A stretch of 64,000 nucleotides of DNA from the human T2T-CHM13v2.0 reference genome, Homo sapiens. Below, piece by piece: positions 1 to 13,225 of the stretch. The stretch's first letter is position 1, and every line of letters begins with the position of its first letter. The DNA is taken from assembly GCF_009914755.1 (NCBI RefSeq), contig NC_060936.1. One strand, given 5' to 3'. The notes beneath the pieces are model-generated. The model saw only the letters and a program-made list of their open reading frames with translations, ran no database searches and was not told the DNA's origin. The position numbers were made by a program, and so were the translations under genes.

Positions 1-14
1 CTTTAAAAGATTAT

Positions 15-290
15 GCCTGTAATCCCAGCACTTTGGGAGGCCGAGGTGGGCGGCTCACGGGGTCAGGAGATCGAGACCATCCTGGCTAACATGGTGAAAC
101 CCCGTCTCTACTAAAAATACAAAAAATTAGCCGGGCGCGGTGGCGGGCGCCTGTAGTCCCAGCTACTCAGGAGGCTGAGGCAGGAGAATGGCGTGAACCC
201 AGGAGGTGGAGCTTGCAGTGAGCCGAGATAGTGCCACTGCAGTCTGGCCTGGGCAAAAGAGTGAGATTCCGTCTCAAAAAAAAAAAAAAA
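15..290 (+). mobile_element. AluY-family SINE, 5'-truncated by ~20 nt
   Basis: GCCTGTAATCCCAGCACTTTGGGAGG start; AluY diagnostics (GAGATCGAGACCATCCTGGCTAAC, GAATGGCGTGAACCC); A-tail; TSD AAAAGATTATGC at 5-16 and 289-300; TTT/AAAA L1-endonuclease site. Confidence 0.97.
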
Positions 291-1599
291 AAGATTATGC
301 ATGACTCGAATACAGCTCAGAAAAACTAATGAAATAAATAAACTATTCGACTTAATGAAAGCTGAAATTCTATTATATGATTCCATATATAGAGGAAGGC
401 TAGGTCAAAACAGTTGCATAAAGAGACAGATTGTAGAATGAGATTCAGTGTGAGAATGCAGTCTTACAAATTGGACCAACACAAAAATAGCAGCTAAAAT
501 ATGGTTCGAATAAAGTATTTCCTGTCATGTTGAACACCAGAACTAGCTAGGATCACAGTGTAATTTTAAACCTTACTGCTGGCTTGCTTTTGAATTACTC
601 TTACTTCTTAATCCATCTCATGGCTGACATTGAAAATATTCTAAGCTTAACTCTGAAAGGAAACCATTAGCAGATTCAAGTTTTCAGGAGACAAGACCGT
701 TAGGAAGTCAAAACAACACTCACTACGTTGGGACTAACATTTAATTTTCAGTCAATTTCTCATCACTTATGGGTCACCAAGCCAGTCTTAAATATGGCTA
801 AGGTTGTATTCTTAACAGGGTCAGAACATCTGAAACATCAAATATCAAGGTAGTTTAATATAATGATACTCTTCTTACTGTGGTTTCATATATTAATTCC
901 TTCCCCTATCTTGTTATTTAGTTCCTCAACTCCTGAAACTCTATTCTTTGTGGCACAATTTACTTAGACTTTCCATCTTAGGTTTCTTAAACTTCTAACA
1001 GCAGCATCATGATTAACATGAGAGAAAAACGTAAACACACTCTTTTTCTGAATCTATGGCAAACGTTTTACTAGGAACTTTGTAAAGCATCATTTCCTGT
1101 TTCTTACAACTTTAAAGACCCTTTCTTACTCTATCTTTACAGTTATCTCACTTCTCTGGATTTTGCTTGCTTTTCTGATTTAGGAATGTTCTGATAACCT
1201 TACTGCCTCCAACTCTGACCACTTCATTTGTGTAATAGTTCCATTATCTACCACCTCACCTTTGTCTTTTTGCCTCAGTCAGGAGCTTCATTCAAAAGAG
1301 TCTTTCATTGTAATTTGTGAATAATTACTCGAGAAAAGTTCTAGAGTCCAATTAAATTTGACATTAATTGCTTCTAACTCTGTGAGTTGCTAATAATGAA
1401 AATGAGCATCTCAGGGAATAATTGAGATTTCTTAGGATGAAAAGTGATTCAAAGCTCTAAGAGTCACATTATGGTCTTTTGTACAGAGTCAGACACCTTA
1501 TATTATAGAGTAAAAATAAGACATAAAAGCAGAACCAATATCAAATATTGAAAAATTTGATAAAACGATGCACTCTAAATGCAAAAAAAACCTGTCTCT

Positions 1600-1735
1600 C
1601 TTCAATTTATTATTCAGTTAACATGTATTGCAAGAATGCTATTATAAGTCAAGTACCTTTTTAGTGCTGTAAATTTAAAGAGAAACGTATAAGCTTTGAC
1701 TTTGGTGAGTTTACCATTCTGATACATACAAAACA
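1600..1735 (-). mobile_element. L2 3'-end fragment
   Basis: TTCAATTTATTATTCAGTTAACATGTATTG...GAGTTTACCATTCT resembles the antisense L2 terminus. Confidence 0.5.
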
Positions 1736-3909
1736 ATAATAAACTCTTAAAGTTAAACTAGTGATCATTCTTACTATAAATATATTAAATATTCAGAATA
1801 CAAAAATATCAAGTGTGGGCAATAATGGAGTTGGACTTACATGGCTGTATGAATCCTCGTACAAAGACAATTATAAAACTAAATTAATTATTATCAAAAT
1901 TAATTATTTTCTGTCCAAGCACAGGCAGAAACCCACAGAGAGCTGACTTTTGAAAAACTGCAGCCAAAAGGAAGAGGGAATGGTAAGAATTGTGTCTGTG
2001 GCTTTCTGGTTATTGTAGGAAATAATAGCCAAGCTGCAGACTTACTGATATTGTAAGAGAAATGTAAGAATGAGACCAAAAACCTAAAATAAACACTGCC
2101 TAAATCTAGGAATGGTAAGCTAAATTATGTAGACACAAAGAAAAATCTCAAAACACCCAGTAATAAATTTAAGTACTTTATAAATTATCATCTCCTAATT
2201 TTTATAAATGAGAGAGTAAATCATCATAGTAAGATACATCTGTGTAAGATAAAACCTGTGACTTTTATACTTTTTTTAACTACATGCATTTCCCAAGCTT
2301 ACAGAGTTTGGAGAGCAGAATTCTAAAGACTCACAGACTTGACATCTCAGAAGATAGCCATAGACTAGCAGAACAGCTGGAAATTTGGAAGCACTAAAAA
2401 TAAAAAGACACAAAAAGGAAAATCCCCAAATTATTATTGAATATATGCTTAAATTCTTGGCTGTCCACCAAGTTACATAGGCACAGGAGAGGAAATCCAA
2501 TTAAACACATAAGCCTCATCAACTTATAAGAATATTAAGGATTCAAAGATATTAGAAGCTATACACAACATGGGGAACAAAAATTTTTGTAGTTTGGGTC
2601 TAAATAAGTTCACTACTTACTAGAATAATAAATAAATAGACAAACAAAAAATCACAAAATAGAAGCCAGAGCTGCTGCAAGGTTTATTTACAATGCCCAT
2701 TTTTGAACCAAAAATTAATAGACAAAAGAAAAAATACAAAATGAACAAAATCTAGAGAACTGTAACCTAAACTGAATAAAAGTGGCAGTTTATAGGAAGA
2801 ATTTCTAACTACTGGCCTGCTCTTTGGAAAGTAGGTTGAAAGATGGACACATTTTGTTCACTGTCTGCCATCTGCCTCAATCCAACTCTACCTCTCATGC
2901 CCTGGTTCTTCTGTTTGAGGCTTATTACCAGAGGGCTGATACAGTGACTTCCTTTCTCCTTCCATTCATACATTCTTCCTCACAGAAAACAGGCCACAAA
3001 TAAATAAGTGAAGAAAGTAAAGCAATTAGTGACTCGTAACATTTATAAAATGAAGCAAAACACCTGAGATATCAATTGCAACACAAACATCTAAATTCTC
3101 CCCAAAGCAACAACCAATATTTCTACCCCATCAAAAGTGAACATAAGTATATATATTTATGTCATTACCATAATATAATGTGTTAATAATATATATAGTA
3201 TTATCTATATACACTATAAGGAGATATATATATATACTTAAAGGTGACAAAAGGCAATTTTCTTGTTGTAACTTGAATTTCTGCCTTAAGTGATATTTTT
3301 AAAGTTTTTTTTCAATTTAACTGAACAGATAATTTTTTTTGGCAAATTGCTGGTAGATGTCTTACATGTATGCAGTTTCATTTTTTATTTTATCAACTTT
3401 TGAGAGTTATAAATATTTTTTCAATAAGAGTTTGGACTTTGTGGAAGAAGTTTCAATTTCAAATATTTTAAACTAAGACAAATTGTGCCTTTGTATAGAA
3501 AGGCATATCTCTTCAGATTTAATGCTCAGGAAATACACCACTGATATACATTTCTCGAAGACCACAATTGATAATGTGTTTCAGATAATTCTGCTATGAA
3601 TTACTGTAAGTTTACCAAAGATGGAATTCAATATTTTTATATTGAAACCTATTTTTTACTCAATTTGAAGCAAAATTCAGTAACTGTTAATTTATATTTA
3701 GTTGGTCAGATTGTTGATTCTGTGAGAATGGATTAAAGTTGTAACATGTCCTTCAAAGCTACCATGACTTTCCCATTCCAGAAGATGTGTTTTTTGAACC
3801 ACTCTGCCTCACACTATTTTCTGTGCATAAAATGTGAAATCTGTAGACTTCGTGGTTTAGTACACATGAAATATATTGCTACCTGTGATGAATATTCAAA
3901 ATAATAACA

Positions 3910-4085
3910 ATAATAAAATGATGATAATAGTAACAATAATAGCTAGGAATTGCAGTTTACTCTTTTTGGCATTTTTCCAAATACTTTACATATATTAACT
4001 AATCTGATTCTCAGAATAACTTTACATAATCAGTATTATAATTACCAACCATATTTTCCACATGTAGAAATGAGAAATTCACACT
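3910..4085 (-). mobile_element. MIR SINE fragment
   Basis: AATAATAGCTA...ATACTTTACATATATTAACTAATCTGATTCTCAGAATAAC...CCATATTTTCCACATGTAGAAATGAG matches MIR core. Confidence 0.7.
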
Positions 4086-4879
4086 TTTGAACCCTAAAAT
4101 TTCAGTAAATCTATACTACTTAGATGGAAGAGTTTAGAAACATACTACTATAATAAATGCAGATTAATCTAAGGCAAAATTGTGGACATGCTATTTGCTG
4201 AATACTGTGAATAATTGTTTTCACAGCTCTAAACTAAGCACATATTAACACTGGTAATCTATTGTGATCAGAGAAGATAAACAAACTGAGATATATCAGA
4301 CATATATCTCCATCCATATGCATAAACTTATATTTTAATTTACATATGTTTGCTTTATGCTTTCTTATATCTTCCATTTTTAATAAAATTATAATTTATA
4401 TAATTTTTATGGATCAAAATATATTTTTAATTTAAAAGATGTGTCTGTTGGCATGTGGAATATTAATTAAATCTTTTTTACATATTTTAATAATTATTTT
4501 GCTGTTTTCTTTTTAAGGTTTTGCCTATAAACCCATTTTCATTTAGAGTGACTTTCTATAAGAACATAATACAAATCAAAATTGCAATTAATTTTTATAT
4601 AAATACAAAAATATTTTTCACACTTAAAACTGGTAAGTGTGGTTCTTGATCTTTACCCTGAATAAGAATCAAGAGTTATAATATTTAAATTAAATTTCCC
4701 ATCCTTACTTCAAAATTTTTTTTGTTCAATAGATCCAAGTGGGCCTTAGAAGCTGTATTTTTAACAAACTGTCTCAGATGCATTGCATTAAAATTAAAAC
4801 TGTATACCTATTGTTCCTTGATGCCTTAATTTTATTTATTTATAGTTCTTGTTGAAAGCCGGGCTGTAACCATGGGTAT

Positions 4880-5316
4880 GGCTGTGGTTTGAGTATGATT
4901 TGTTTGTCCCCATGAAAGCTTATGTTGAAAATTGATTTTCACTGTGGTAGTGTTGGGAGGTAGAACCTGGTAATAGTTGTTTAGATCATGGGGGAAAATT
5001 CCTCACAAATGGCTTGGTACTGTTGTCCCAGTAGTAAGTGAGTCTCTTGAGACTGGATTAGTTCTTGTGGGACTGTTCTCTGAAGAGTGGTTGTTATTAA
5101 GGCAGGATACCCCTCGGGTTTTGTCTCTGAACATGTGTACTTCCCCTTTGATCTTCATTATGAAGTCATGATGCTCCAGGAAAACTTTCACCAGAAGTGA
5201 GGATCATTCCCTTGAACTTTCCAGTGTGAAAAACTGTGAGCTATATAAATCTCTTTTTAAAATAAATGACCCACTCTCAGGTATTTCTTTATAGTAACAC
5301 AAAGTGGACTAAGACA
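4880..5316 (+). mobile_element. MaLR solo LTR (MSTC/MSTD-like)
   Basis: GCTGTGGTTTG...TTGTTTGTCCCC start; ends ATAAATGACCCACTCTCAGGTATTTCTTTATAGTAACACAAAGTGGACTAAGACA. Confidence 0.85.
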
Positions 5317-6161
5317 AATATTTTAGAAAGGTACTTTAAAACAATGATTCTCCAGTCAAAATCATATGGGGAATCATTAAAACCATACAGACTTGGTTTA
5401 CCAGTTTGTGACAAGATAAGAAACCAGCATGGATGTTTGCCTTCCTACCCTGAATCTCAATCCTAGGAATATCACAGGAAGGAGGGTATAGATTCATGCC
5501 CAAACAAACTTTTAAAAACTGAGAAATCCTAGGAAAGTTCAGTTACAGAGGTAAATTACAGTTTACAGCAGTGCCAGTAAACAAATGAGGCATAGATTGA
5601 GGAAGAATTTATAAACTGTCTTGTGTCTTCCCCACATCATTAATAGATATCATGAAAATGAATGGACTAACACTAGGTGATGAAGCAGTAAAAATGATTT
5701 CAGTTAGTGTGCCTGGTTCCTAGGAGTCCACTCTCCCCAAACCCAACCTGTTGCTAAATCTAGGTATACATCCCCAGCAAAAATAGCTGATAGCTGAGGG
5801 AATATACATTCATAAGAAAAAATGATGAGACATTTAAGGAGTGCTGAAACTATTAATGAGAGCCAACAAATTAAAAATATCTATGCCAATAAGTGACACC
5901 AGTTTAAAGAAAAATATAAAAACATTTCAAGTTACAAATTTTAATGAGCTTGTATGTGGAAATAATAGATTATTTAGATAACATTATTAAAATATATAAA
6001 AGGAATAAACAAACAATATAACAATATTTAAAAATTTCCCTTAATCTTGATAACCTAAAAACAGAAATTGTCAGATTACTTTGATAGATACTGGAAAATA
6101 TTCAATAAGATACAATACTTATGTAAGCAAAAATAAACTACTTGAAAACAAGAAAAGATTC

Positions 6162-6384
<223 letters not shown>

Positions 6385-6491
6385 GAAAAGATTCTTAAGA
6401 TAGAAATAATATATAAAAGTAGCCAGTAAGAAACATATTTAATGAATAAATTTTAAGCAATCCTTTTAAAGTTGAACACAAGACATAAAAA

Positions 6492-7073
6492 GCTGCAAAA
6501 ATGTCTTCTTTTGAGAACTGTCTGTTCATATTTTTCACCTATTTTTTGATAGGGTTTTTTTTTTTTCTTGTAAATTTGTTTAAGTTCCTTGCAGATTCTG
6601 GATATCAGACCTTTGTCAGATGGGTAGCTTGCAAAAATTTTCTCCCATTCTGTAGGTTGCCTATTCACTCTGAGGATAGTTTCTTTTGCTGTGCAGAAGG
6701 TCATTAGTTTGATTAGATCCCATTTGTCAATTTTGGCTTTTGTTACAATTGCTTTTGGTGTTTCAGCCATGAAGTCTTTGGCCATGCGTATGTCCTGAAT
6801 TGTATTGCCTACGTTTTCTTCCAGGGTTTTTTATGGTTTTGGGTTTTACATTTAAGTCTTTAATTCATCTTGAGTTAATTTTTGTATACAGTGTAAGGAA
6901 GGGGTCCAGTTTCTGTTTTCTGCATATGACTTACCAGTTTTCCCAGAACCATTTATTAAACAGGGAATGCTTTTTCCATTGCTTGTTTTTATCAGGTTTG
7001 TCGAAGATCAGATCGTTAGAGATGTGTGGTGTTATTTCTGAGGTCTCTGTTCTGTTCCATTGGTCTATATATC
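6492..7073 (-). mobile_element. Inverted 5' segment of a twin-primed L1PA8/PA10 (ORF2 C-terminal region)
   Basis: ORF 6453..6785(-) [10 protein letters not shown]...[13 protein letters not shown] is L1 ORF2; ends at L1 sequence GAAGACATTTTTGCAGC, adjacent in the consensus to the start of the sense segment. Confidence 0.93.
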
Positions 7074-7868
7074 ACAAACATATGAAAAAAAGTTCATCAT
7101 CACTGGCCATTAGAGAAATGCAAATCAAAACCTCAATGAGATGCCATCTCACGCTAGTTAGAATGGCAACCATTAAAAAATCAGGAAACACAGATGCTGG
7201 TGAGACTGTGGAGAAATAGGAATGTTTTTACATTGTTGGTGGGAGTGTAAACTAATTCAACCATTGTGAAAGACGGTGTGGCAATTCCTCAAGGTTCTAG
7301 AACCAGAAATACCATTTGACCCAGCAATCCCATTACTGGGTATAAACCCAAAGGATTATAAATCATTCTACTATAAAGACACATGCACAGTTATGTTTAT
7401 TGCAACACTATTTACAATAGCAAAGACTTGGAACCAACCCAAATACCCATCAGTGATAGACTGGATAAAGAAAATATGGCACACATACACCATGGAATAC
7501 TATGCAGCCATAAAAATGGATGAGTTCATGTCCTTTGCAGGAACATGGATGAAGCTGGAAGCCATCATTCTCAGCAAACTAACAAAGGAACAGAAAATCA
7601 GACACCACATGGTCTCAGTCATAAGTGGGAGTTCAACAATGAGAACACATGAACACAGGGAGGGAAACATCACACACCGGCCCTGTAGGGAGGTGAAGGG
7701 CAACAGGAGGGAGAGCATTAAGACAAATACATAAGGCATGCCAGGCTTACAACCTAGATGATGGGTTTAAAGGTGAAGCAAACCACCATGGCACATGTAT
7801 GCCTATGTAACAAACCTGCACTTCCTGCATATGTATCCCAGAACGTAAAGAAAAATAATTTTTAAAAA
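7074..7868 (+). mobile_element. L1PA8/PA10-like 3' end (ORF2 end, 3'UTR, degenerate A-tail)
   Basis: ORF 7276..7734 EIPFDPAIPLLG...MEYYAAIK; 3'UTR GGAGAGCATTAAGACAAATAC...CAAACCACCATGGCACATGT; short TSD TAAAAAGC at 6486-6493 and 7863-7870. Confidence 0.93.
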
Positions 7869-7869
7869 G

Positions 7870-8700
7870 CCCTGTTTTAATGCTACTGTTCAACAAAATT
7901 GTAGATGTCTTTACCAATATATTAAGACAAGAAATAGAATAGGATATGTAAAAACGAAATGGAACAGAGCACAGTGTCATTATTTACAAATAATATATTT
8001 TAAAAAAAAGTAAATCAATAGATAAAATGTTTTAAATAACCGAGAGATTTCAGCAAGGTCAGTGCACAAAAATCCACAGTTCATCCACAACAGCAATAAC
8101 CAATAAGAAAACATGATAATAAATTTTAGAATTATACACAGTAGCAACCAAACTAAAAAAGCATAATGAAGCTAACTTCACGTTAAAAAAATACAACTGA
8201 AGTACATTAAAAATCTGAATATATCAAACTGCATACCATTTTTGGATAAAAGAATATTGTAAATAAAAAAGAAAGTATTTAAAATGTAAAAGTTGATAGT
8301 TCGAGTATATTTGTATTAATTATTTCAATTCAAGAATGGATACTAGACCTAATTAACTAATAGATGACACTCCAGAAAAATACTTGCAAATTATAAAATA
8401 AATAATAGATTAATATACTTAAATGTATTAGGTATATTTACTTAAATATTGTGGAGCTCTCAGTCCAGTGAGGGGAGATGGAGAAGACAAATAAAAAATA
8501 AGAAAGAAAACTATGGACATAAAATTTACAAAGGGAAATAATTACTAATAAATATAGACAAATATGCCTCATCTGTAAATAGGGAAATTCAAATTAGTAC
8601 AACAATAAAATAATTATATTTACAGGACATAATTTAATTAAATAAATACTGCCTACACATATCATTTTTAAAAATGTTTCAGTAAATAAATATACATATG
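7870..8700 (+). mobile_element. Ancient L1M (ME-like) ORF2/3' relic, host of the L1PA insertion
   Basis: 6455-6490 joined to 7870 onward aligns with the L1 RT region (..CTACTGTTCAACAAAATTGTAGATGTC...AAGACAAGAAATAGAA...TCATTATTTACAAAT). Confidence 0.6.
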
Positions 8701-8999
8701 AAAAAAGATATATTGAACACTCTAAAGTAGGTGTCTATGGGGGATTTGGAGCATTGAAAGCCAGATGTGGGGAAAGGGGAAAATGTAGTTTAAAAAGGAG
8801 TTTTCTCTGGATCAATCAGGATAAGTATTTAAGTAAATATACTTAATATAAGTCTATTTAAGTATATTAACTTTAAATATATTAAAGGATATATTAAGAG
8901 GATAGTAAGCCATAATCAGAGAATAATGAATACCCCATTTTTTTTTAATTCCTGAGCTTCTCAAACAGAAAAATAAAACTGTAAGTAAAAATACTGAGA

Positions 9000-9945
9000 A
9001 CCGACTTCAGATCTACTACAGTAGATGCTCCAAGCATGGGAATCTTTAATTACCCCATTATCATGACAGAAACAATTACAGTATACTCAGCTAAATTATA
9101 TTTTCTTTAACACCCCATCTTGGTTTCTTAACACCATTTCCCAGTGAAGAGAACCAGGGAGAAACATCCATGAGTCCATATTAATATATCAAAATGACTG
9201 ACTAGATGAATACATGAAATAAAAGGGACAAATCTTTCTTGCAAAAAACTTCAAATAATATGTGTACATACTTCCTTCTCTAGGAAATGGAGATCAACAC
9301 CTCATTCTCTCCTCCTTAAGTATGAGTTGGTTTTAGTTACTCACTTGTCAAAAAGCAGGTATGAGAAGGAAGAAAAATAACTTTTCAGTGGAGAAACCCA
9401 GCTTAAGAAACCTATCTTAACTGAGTGATCAAGGCTAATATCACTAGAGATAAGTCATGTTGATAGCATGTACTCTCTGATATGCCATGATGAAAATGGC
9501 ATTTTATCTGTGCGACATTCTTTTTAAAAAATCTCAGTAGAGCAATTAGAAGAACATGAGATAAACTTAAATTGGAGAACATTCTACAAAATACCTGACC
9601 CATATTCCTCAAAACTGTCAAAATGATGAAAAATTACAGAAGAATATGGAACAGTCACAGACCAAAGATTTGAACTCAGAAGATTTGAATAAATACAACA
9701 TGGTTCCCTGGATTAAATCCTAGAGTAGCAAAAAGGAAATTCATGGGAAAAGTAGTGAATTGCAAACAAAGAATGCAGTTAATAACATTGTATTATGTTA
9801 ATTTCTTAGCTTTGACAAATTTACCGTAGTAATATAAGATGTTAGCATTGGGGGGATTGGATGGAGAAATATATAAACCTTCTGTACTATCTTTTCAACT
9901 TTTCTATGAAGCTAAAATTATTAAAAAATAGTTTATTAGAAAATA
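9000..9945 (+). mobile_element. L1MC/MD-type 3'UTR
   Basis: CCCCATCTTGGTTTCTTAACACCATT, GTGATCAAGGCTAATATCAC...AAGTCATGTTGATAGCATG, CTCAAAACTGTCAA, CTGTACTATCTTTTCAAC; similar to 60900-63180. Confidence 0.75.
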
Positions 9946-10065
9946 ATCTTCAACCAAGTAAAAGGACACATGAACACACACACACAGACGTACACACACA
10001 CATTGCTCAGAAGAGTTAATTTAAGACTTGCTGGTATTTTTTGTTAGAGGAGTACTCTTAGTGAC

Positions 10066-10505
10066 TGTCAAAGAAAAATTACAGTGGATGAGTTAAATAC
10101 GCAAAGAAGACTTTATTCAAGACTATTGCAATAGGGAATATAAATTGAACTCAAGTCCCTGAATATTATTTGAAAAAGCTAGAGAGTTTTGAATCAGTGG
10201 GATGAATTAGTAGAAAAGTACTGGAGGATATTACAGGGGAGTTTGGTCAATATGATGAGGCCATCTGTATTTGCTCATTGGCATCCATTGAAGTTAGGCT
10301 CTTACTCTCCCACGGAGACTGGAAGATAGGGAAACTATGTTTCTTGATGATTACATTTCAAAGAGATGGCTTCTGGGTCCTTGAGAAAATATGACTGGAT
10401 TTTCAAACTGGTAAGAGTTTGAGAGATTTACATTTTAAAAGGAACAAAGAAATAATTTGAAATTACGAGTTTCCTAAAGTAAATGCTTTAGCAAAGGAAA
10501 GTTTG
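10066..10505 (-). mobile_element. ERV1 LTR fragment, MER67/MER31 group
   Basis: TGTCAAAGAAAAA terminus, antisense polyA signal TTTATT, GGGTCCTTGAGAAA and AGTAAATGCT motifs shared with 61456-62661. Confidence 0.7.
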
Positions 10506-11562
10506 GGAACTAATAAGCACATTTACATCATTTGCTAGATAAAGAGTTAATATAAAATAATCAATTATATCTTTATCGACCGAGAAAAATAAGTTGGAAA
10601 ATAGAATTTTAATGATACTCATGGAAGATAGCCACTTAATTAAAATATAGGAAGAATTTAGAAACCATAAAGTATTAAAATGAATAAGTAAATTTAACAG
10701 GGCTGTTAGATCAAAGTCATTATACAACAACCAATTATATTTCTATGTACCAATTAGAATCAACTAGAAAATAAAATTGAAAATGTTATGAAAAAAGACA
10801 TTTAAATAAGAGACCCAGATTTTAAACAGAGACATTTAAAACTGTAAAATATGTCTTCCGTTGAATTTTCTGAAACCTAGATGGCATCTCCTAGCACTAA
10901 CCTGAATGAGAGACCACTACTATTCAGAATATATAATTTATCTTTGGAAACTGTCAGACCTTGACTTTCCTATATTTTCAGCTTCAATTTATTCTCGTAA
11001 TAGCATTTTAAAGCAATCAGTTATCTAGATATGTGTAGCAATATTAACTACTATGAACTGAGTAAGCAATGTTTCTGTCTCTCCTTAATTACATATCAGA
11101 TGTTTGAATTCCAGAAGACTTCAGCTTCAAATAACCTAAATGAAATGTTAACTAGACAAAAGTATTTTGCTGTTGAGATGCACATTTCTTGTTCTTTTTC
11201 TCCATGAGATTTATTGCATCTTACCCATGATCTCAGAAAGGAGAATAGAAACTGGTAGATACAGCATAATAAAATTGACCAAATATTAGGCAAATCATTG
11301 CTACAAAAACCATAATTCTAATAATTGTGTTGTATTACTCTGAACAATATTTATAAAAATTCATGATTACAGTGATTTTACATTCTGAATGGAGTGCTTA
11401 TTGGGAAATTTAAAATTAAAGAGAGAAATATACTCCAACTATTCACTAGCAAAGTAAGTCAAAATATCTAAACCCTTTGTGAGCTTGGATATAACACTAA
11501 CAAGATGGAGAGTCCTAAAATATGCCTTTTTAAACTGTAGAAAATCCTTCTCCTCCCATTAA

Positions 11563-11748
11563 AAGTTTTAGGCGATCTTGAAGGTAAACCCATGCTTTGA
11601 AATTTAAAATAATAAAAAACTTTCTTTAACACTGCTGAAGATACACTCATCTTACATTCCTAAGCCCAACTCCTAATTTCTACATCTGCAGCATCTACTT
11701 TTAGATTAATGAATTGGGCAGAATTTATGCTAAGAAAACTTAGGGTGT
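11563..11748 (+). repeat. ~185-bp diverged direct repeat, copy 1
   Basis: Aligns with 12447-12630 at roughly 80% by eye (AATTTAAAATAATAAAAAACTTTCT.TAACACTGCT.AAGATACACTCA...CCTAAGCCCAA.TCCTAATTTCT.CATCTGCA.CATCTAC). Confidence 0.9.
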
Positions 11749-12446
11749 TCTTTCCCTTAACTAGGCTATATGTGTTGAGCTATACATTTAAATATTCTAT
11801 CCCAAATTACGTAATACTCTTCACATTTGGAACATGCAAATTTGAGGGACCACTGGAAATATTTGATTCAGTGACATAAACTTTTTTCTGAATATTTCAT
11901 TAGGAAGTAGGGAAGCAGATATACAACAAAGAAGACCAAGTACACTGCTATTATAGGTGTCTATGTTAGAATTCACAGTCACTGAAGCTTCACTTTTTGA
12001 TCCTTATCTATAATATGGTTGCTTAACCCTCTTTAATAGAGTCTCCAGATGTTTCTTAACTTCTGTGTTGAGGCTGCAGTTCTCAAAATCCAGTCACCAT
12101 CCTGTCATTTTTCCCATAGAATAATTTATATTTTATAGAAATAATATTCACTGTTTTCAGGGAAAACATTCTGTCTTATAGAATGTGTTTGACCACTTTG
12201 TTCCAGCATATTTTTCAATCTGATTTAGTCAAACTTAAATGTCACCTATTGGACTTTAAGATTCCAGCCTAGAGAAGGATATAACAAAACAAATCTAGTT
12301 AAAACTTACTCTTGTCTCTAATGTGAGGTGAAAGCATGTGCATTCTACGTGACACTTTTAGCATTATTTGGGCCTCACACTCTCACATGAATAAATACTG
12401 GGATAACATGTCCTCATATCTCTCAAGACAACTGTCCCTAAAATTC

Positions 12447-12630
12447 AAGTTTTTAGGCACTTGAATGTAAATCCATGATTTGGAATTTAAAATAATAAAA
12501 AAAACTTTCTCTAACACTGCTAAAGATACACTCAATTTACATCCTAAGCCCAATCCTAATTTCTGCATCTGCAACATCTACATTTATATTAATGAATGGG
12601 ACAGAATATATGCTAAGAATACTTAGGTGT
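12447..12630 (+). repeat. ~185-bp diverged direct repeat, copy 2
   Basis: See copy 1; offset ~885 bp. Confidence 0.9.
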
Positions 12631-13225
12631 ATTTTGTTTTAATTCCTGTAAAGACGTGGCTCTTTATGGCAGTTTAGAACTTTGCTTTTGTTTACATTAT
12701 TAAATTCCTGTTTCTATTTTCTGCAAGAGAAATAATTATATTAATAACTTCTAAGCACTTAATCTGCAATGCAAGTGCAAGAACAAATGGAAGTCCCCAA
12801 AACACTGTGTTGTATTCTATTTTATTATTTGTTTCAGAAACCCAACATTCTCCAACAGCTCACATACACCTCACTTTCTATTATTGCTTCCTATTTTTTA
12901 ATGATCATAAATTTCAAAAAAATAACCAAGAAACCATATGAACAGTAAAAAACCAAATATCTTCCCCTAATAAGTATCACTTTCTCTTCTCAGTAACAAT
13001 ATTCATGAGAGATATATCACTTAGTTAAAAAGTTTTCTCATACAGCTAGAATAATTAAAGACAGGTTATTTTAAGCTTTCCTTATTTACTCTTGTGATTT
13101 GCTTTAATTGGTCACTGAAAATAACGGAAATTGATTTTATAATTGTGTATGCATATATAGTATATACAAATATGTGTATGTATATATGTACACATATGCA
13201 TGTATGTCTATATGTGCATATAATA

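Noticed and set aside
3497-3605. Plus-strand exon candidate (TTTGTATAG...ACT|GTAAGT)
   Set aside because: Stops in all three frames, no partner exon; such signals arise by chance in AT-rich DNA
6800-7219. 139-aa ORF
   Set aside because: Chance read-through of antisense L1 into sense L1 across the inversion junction
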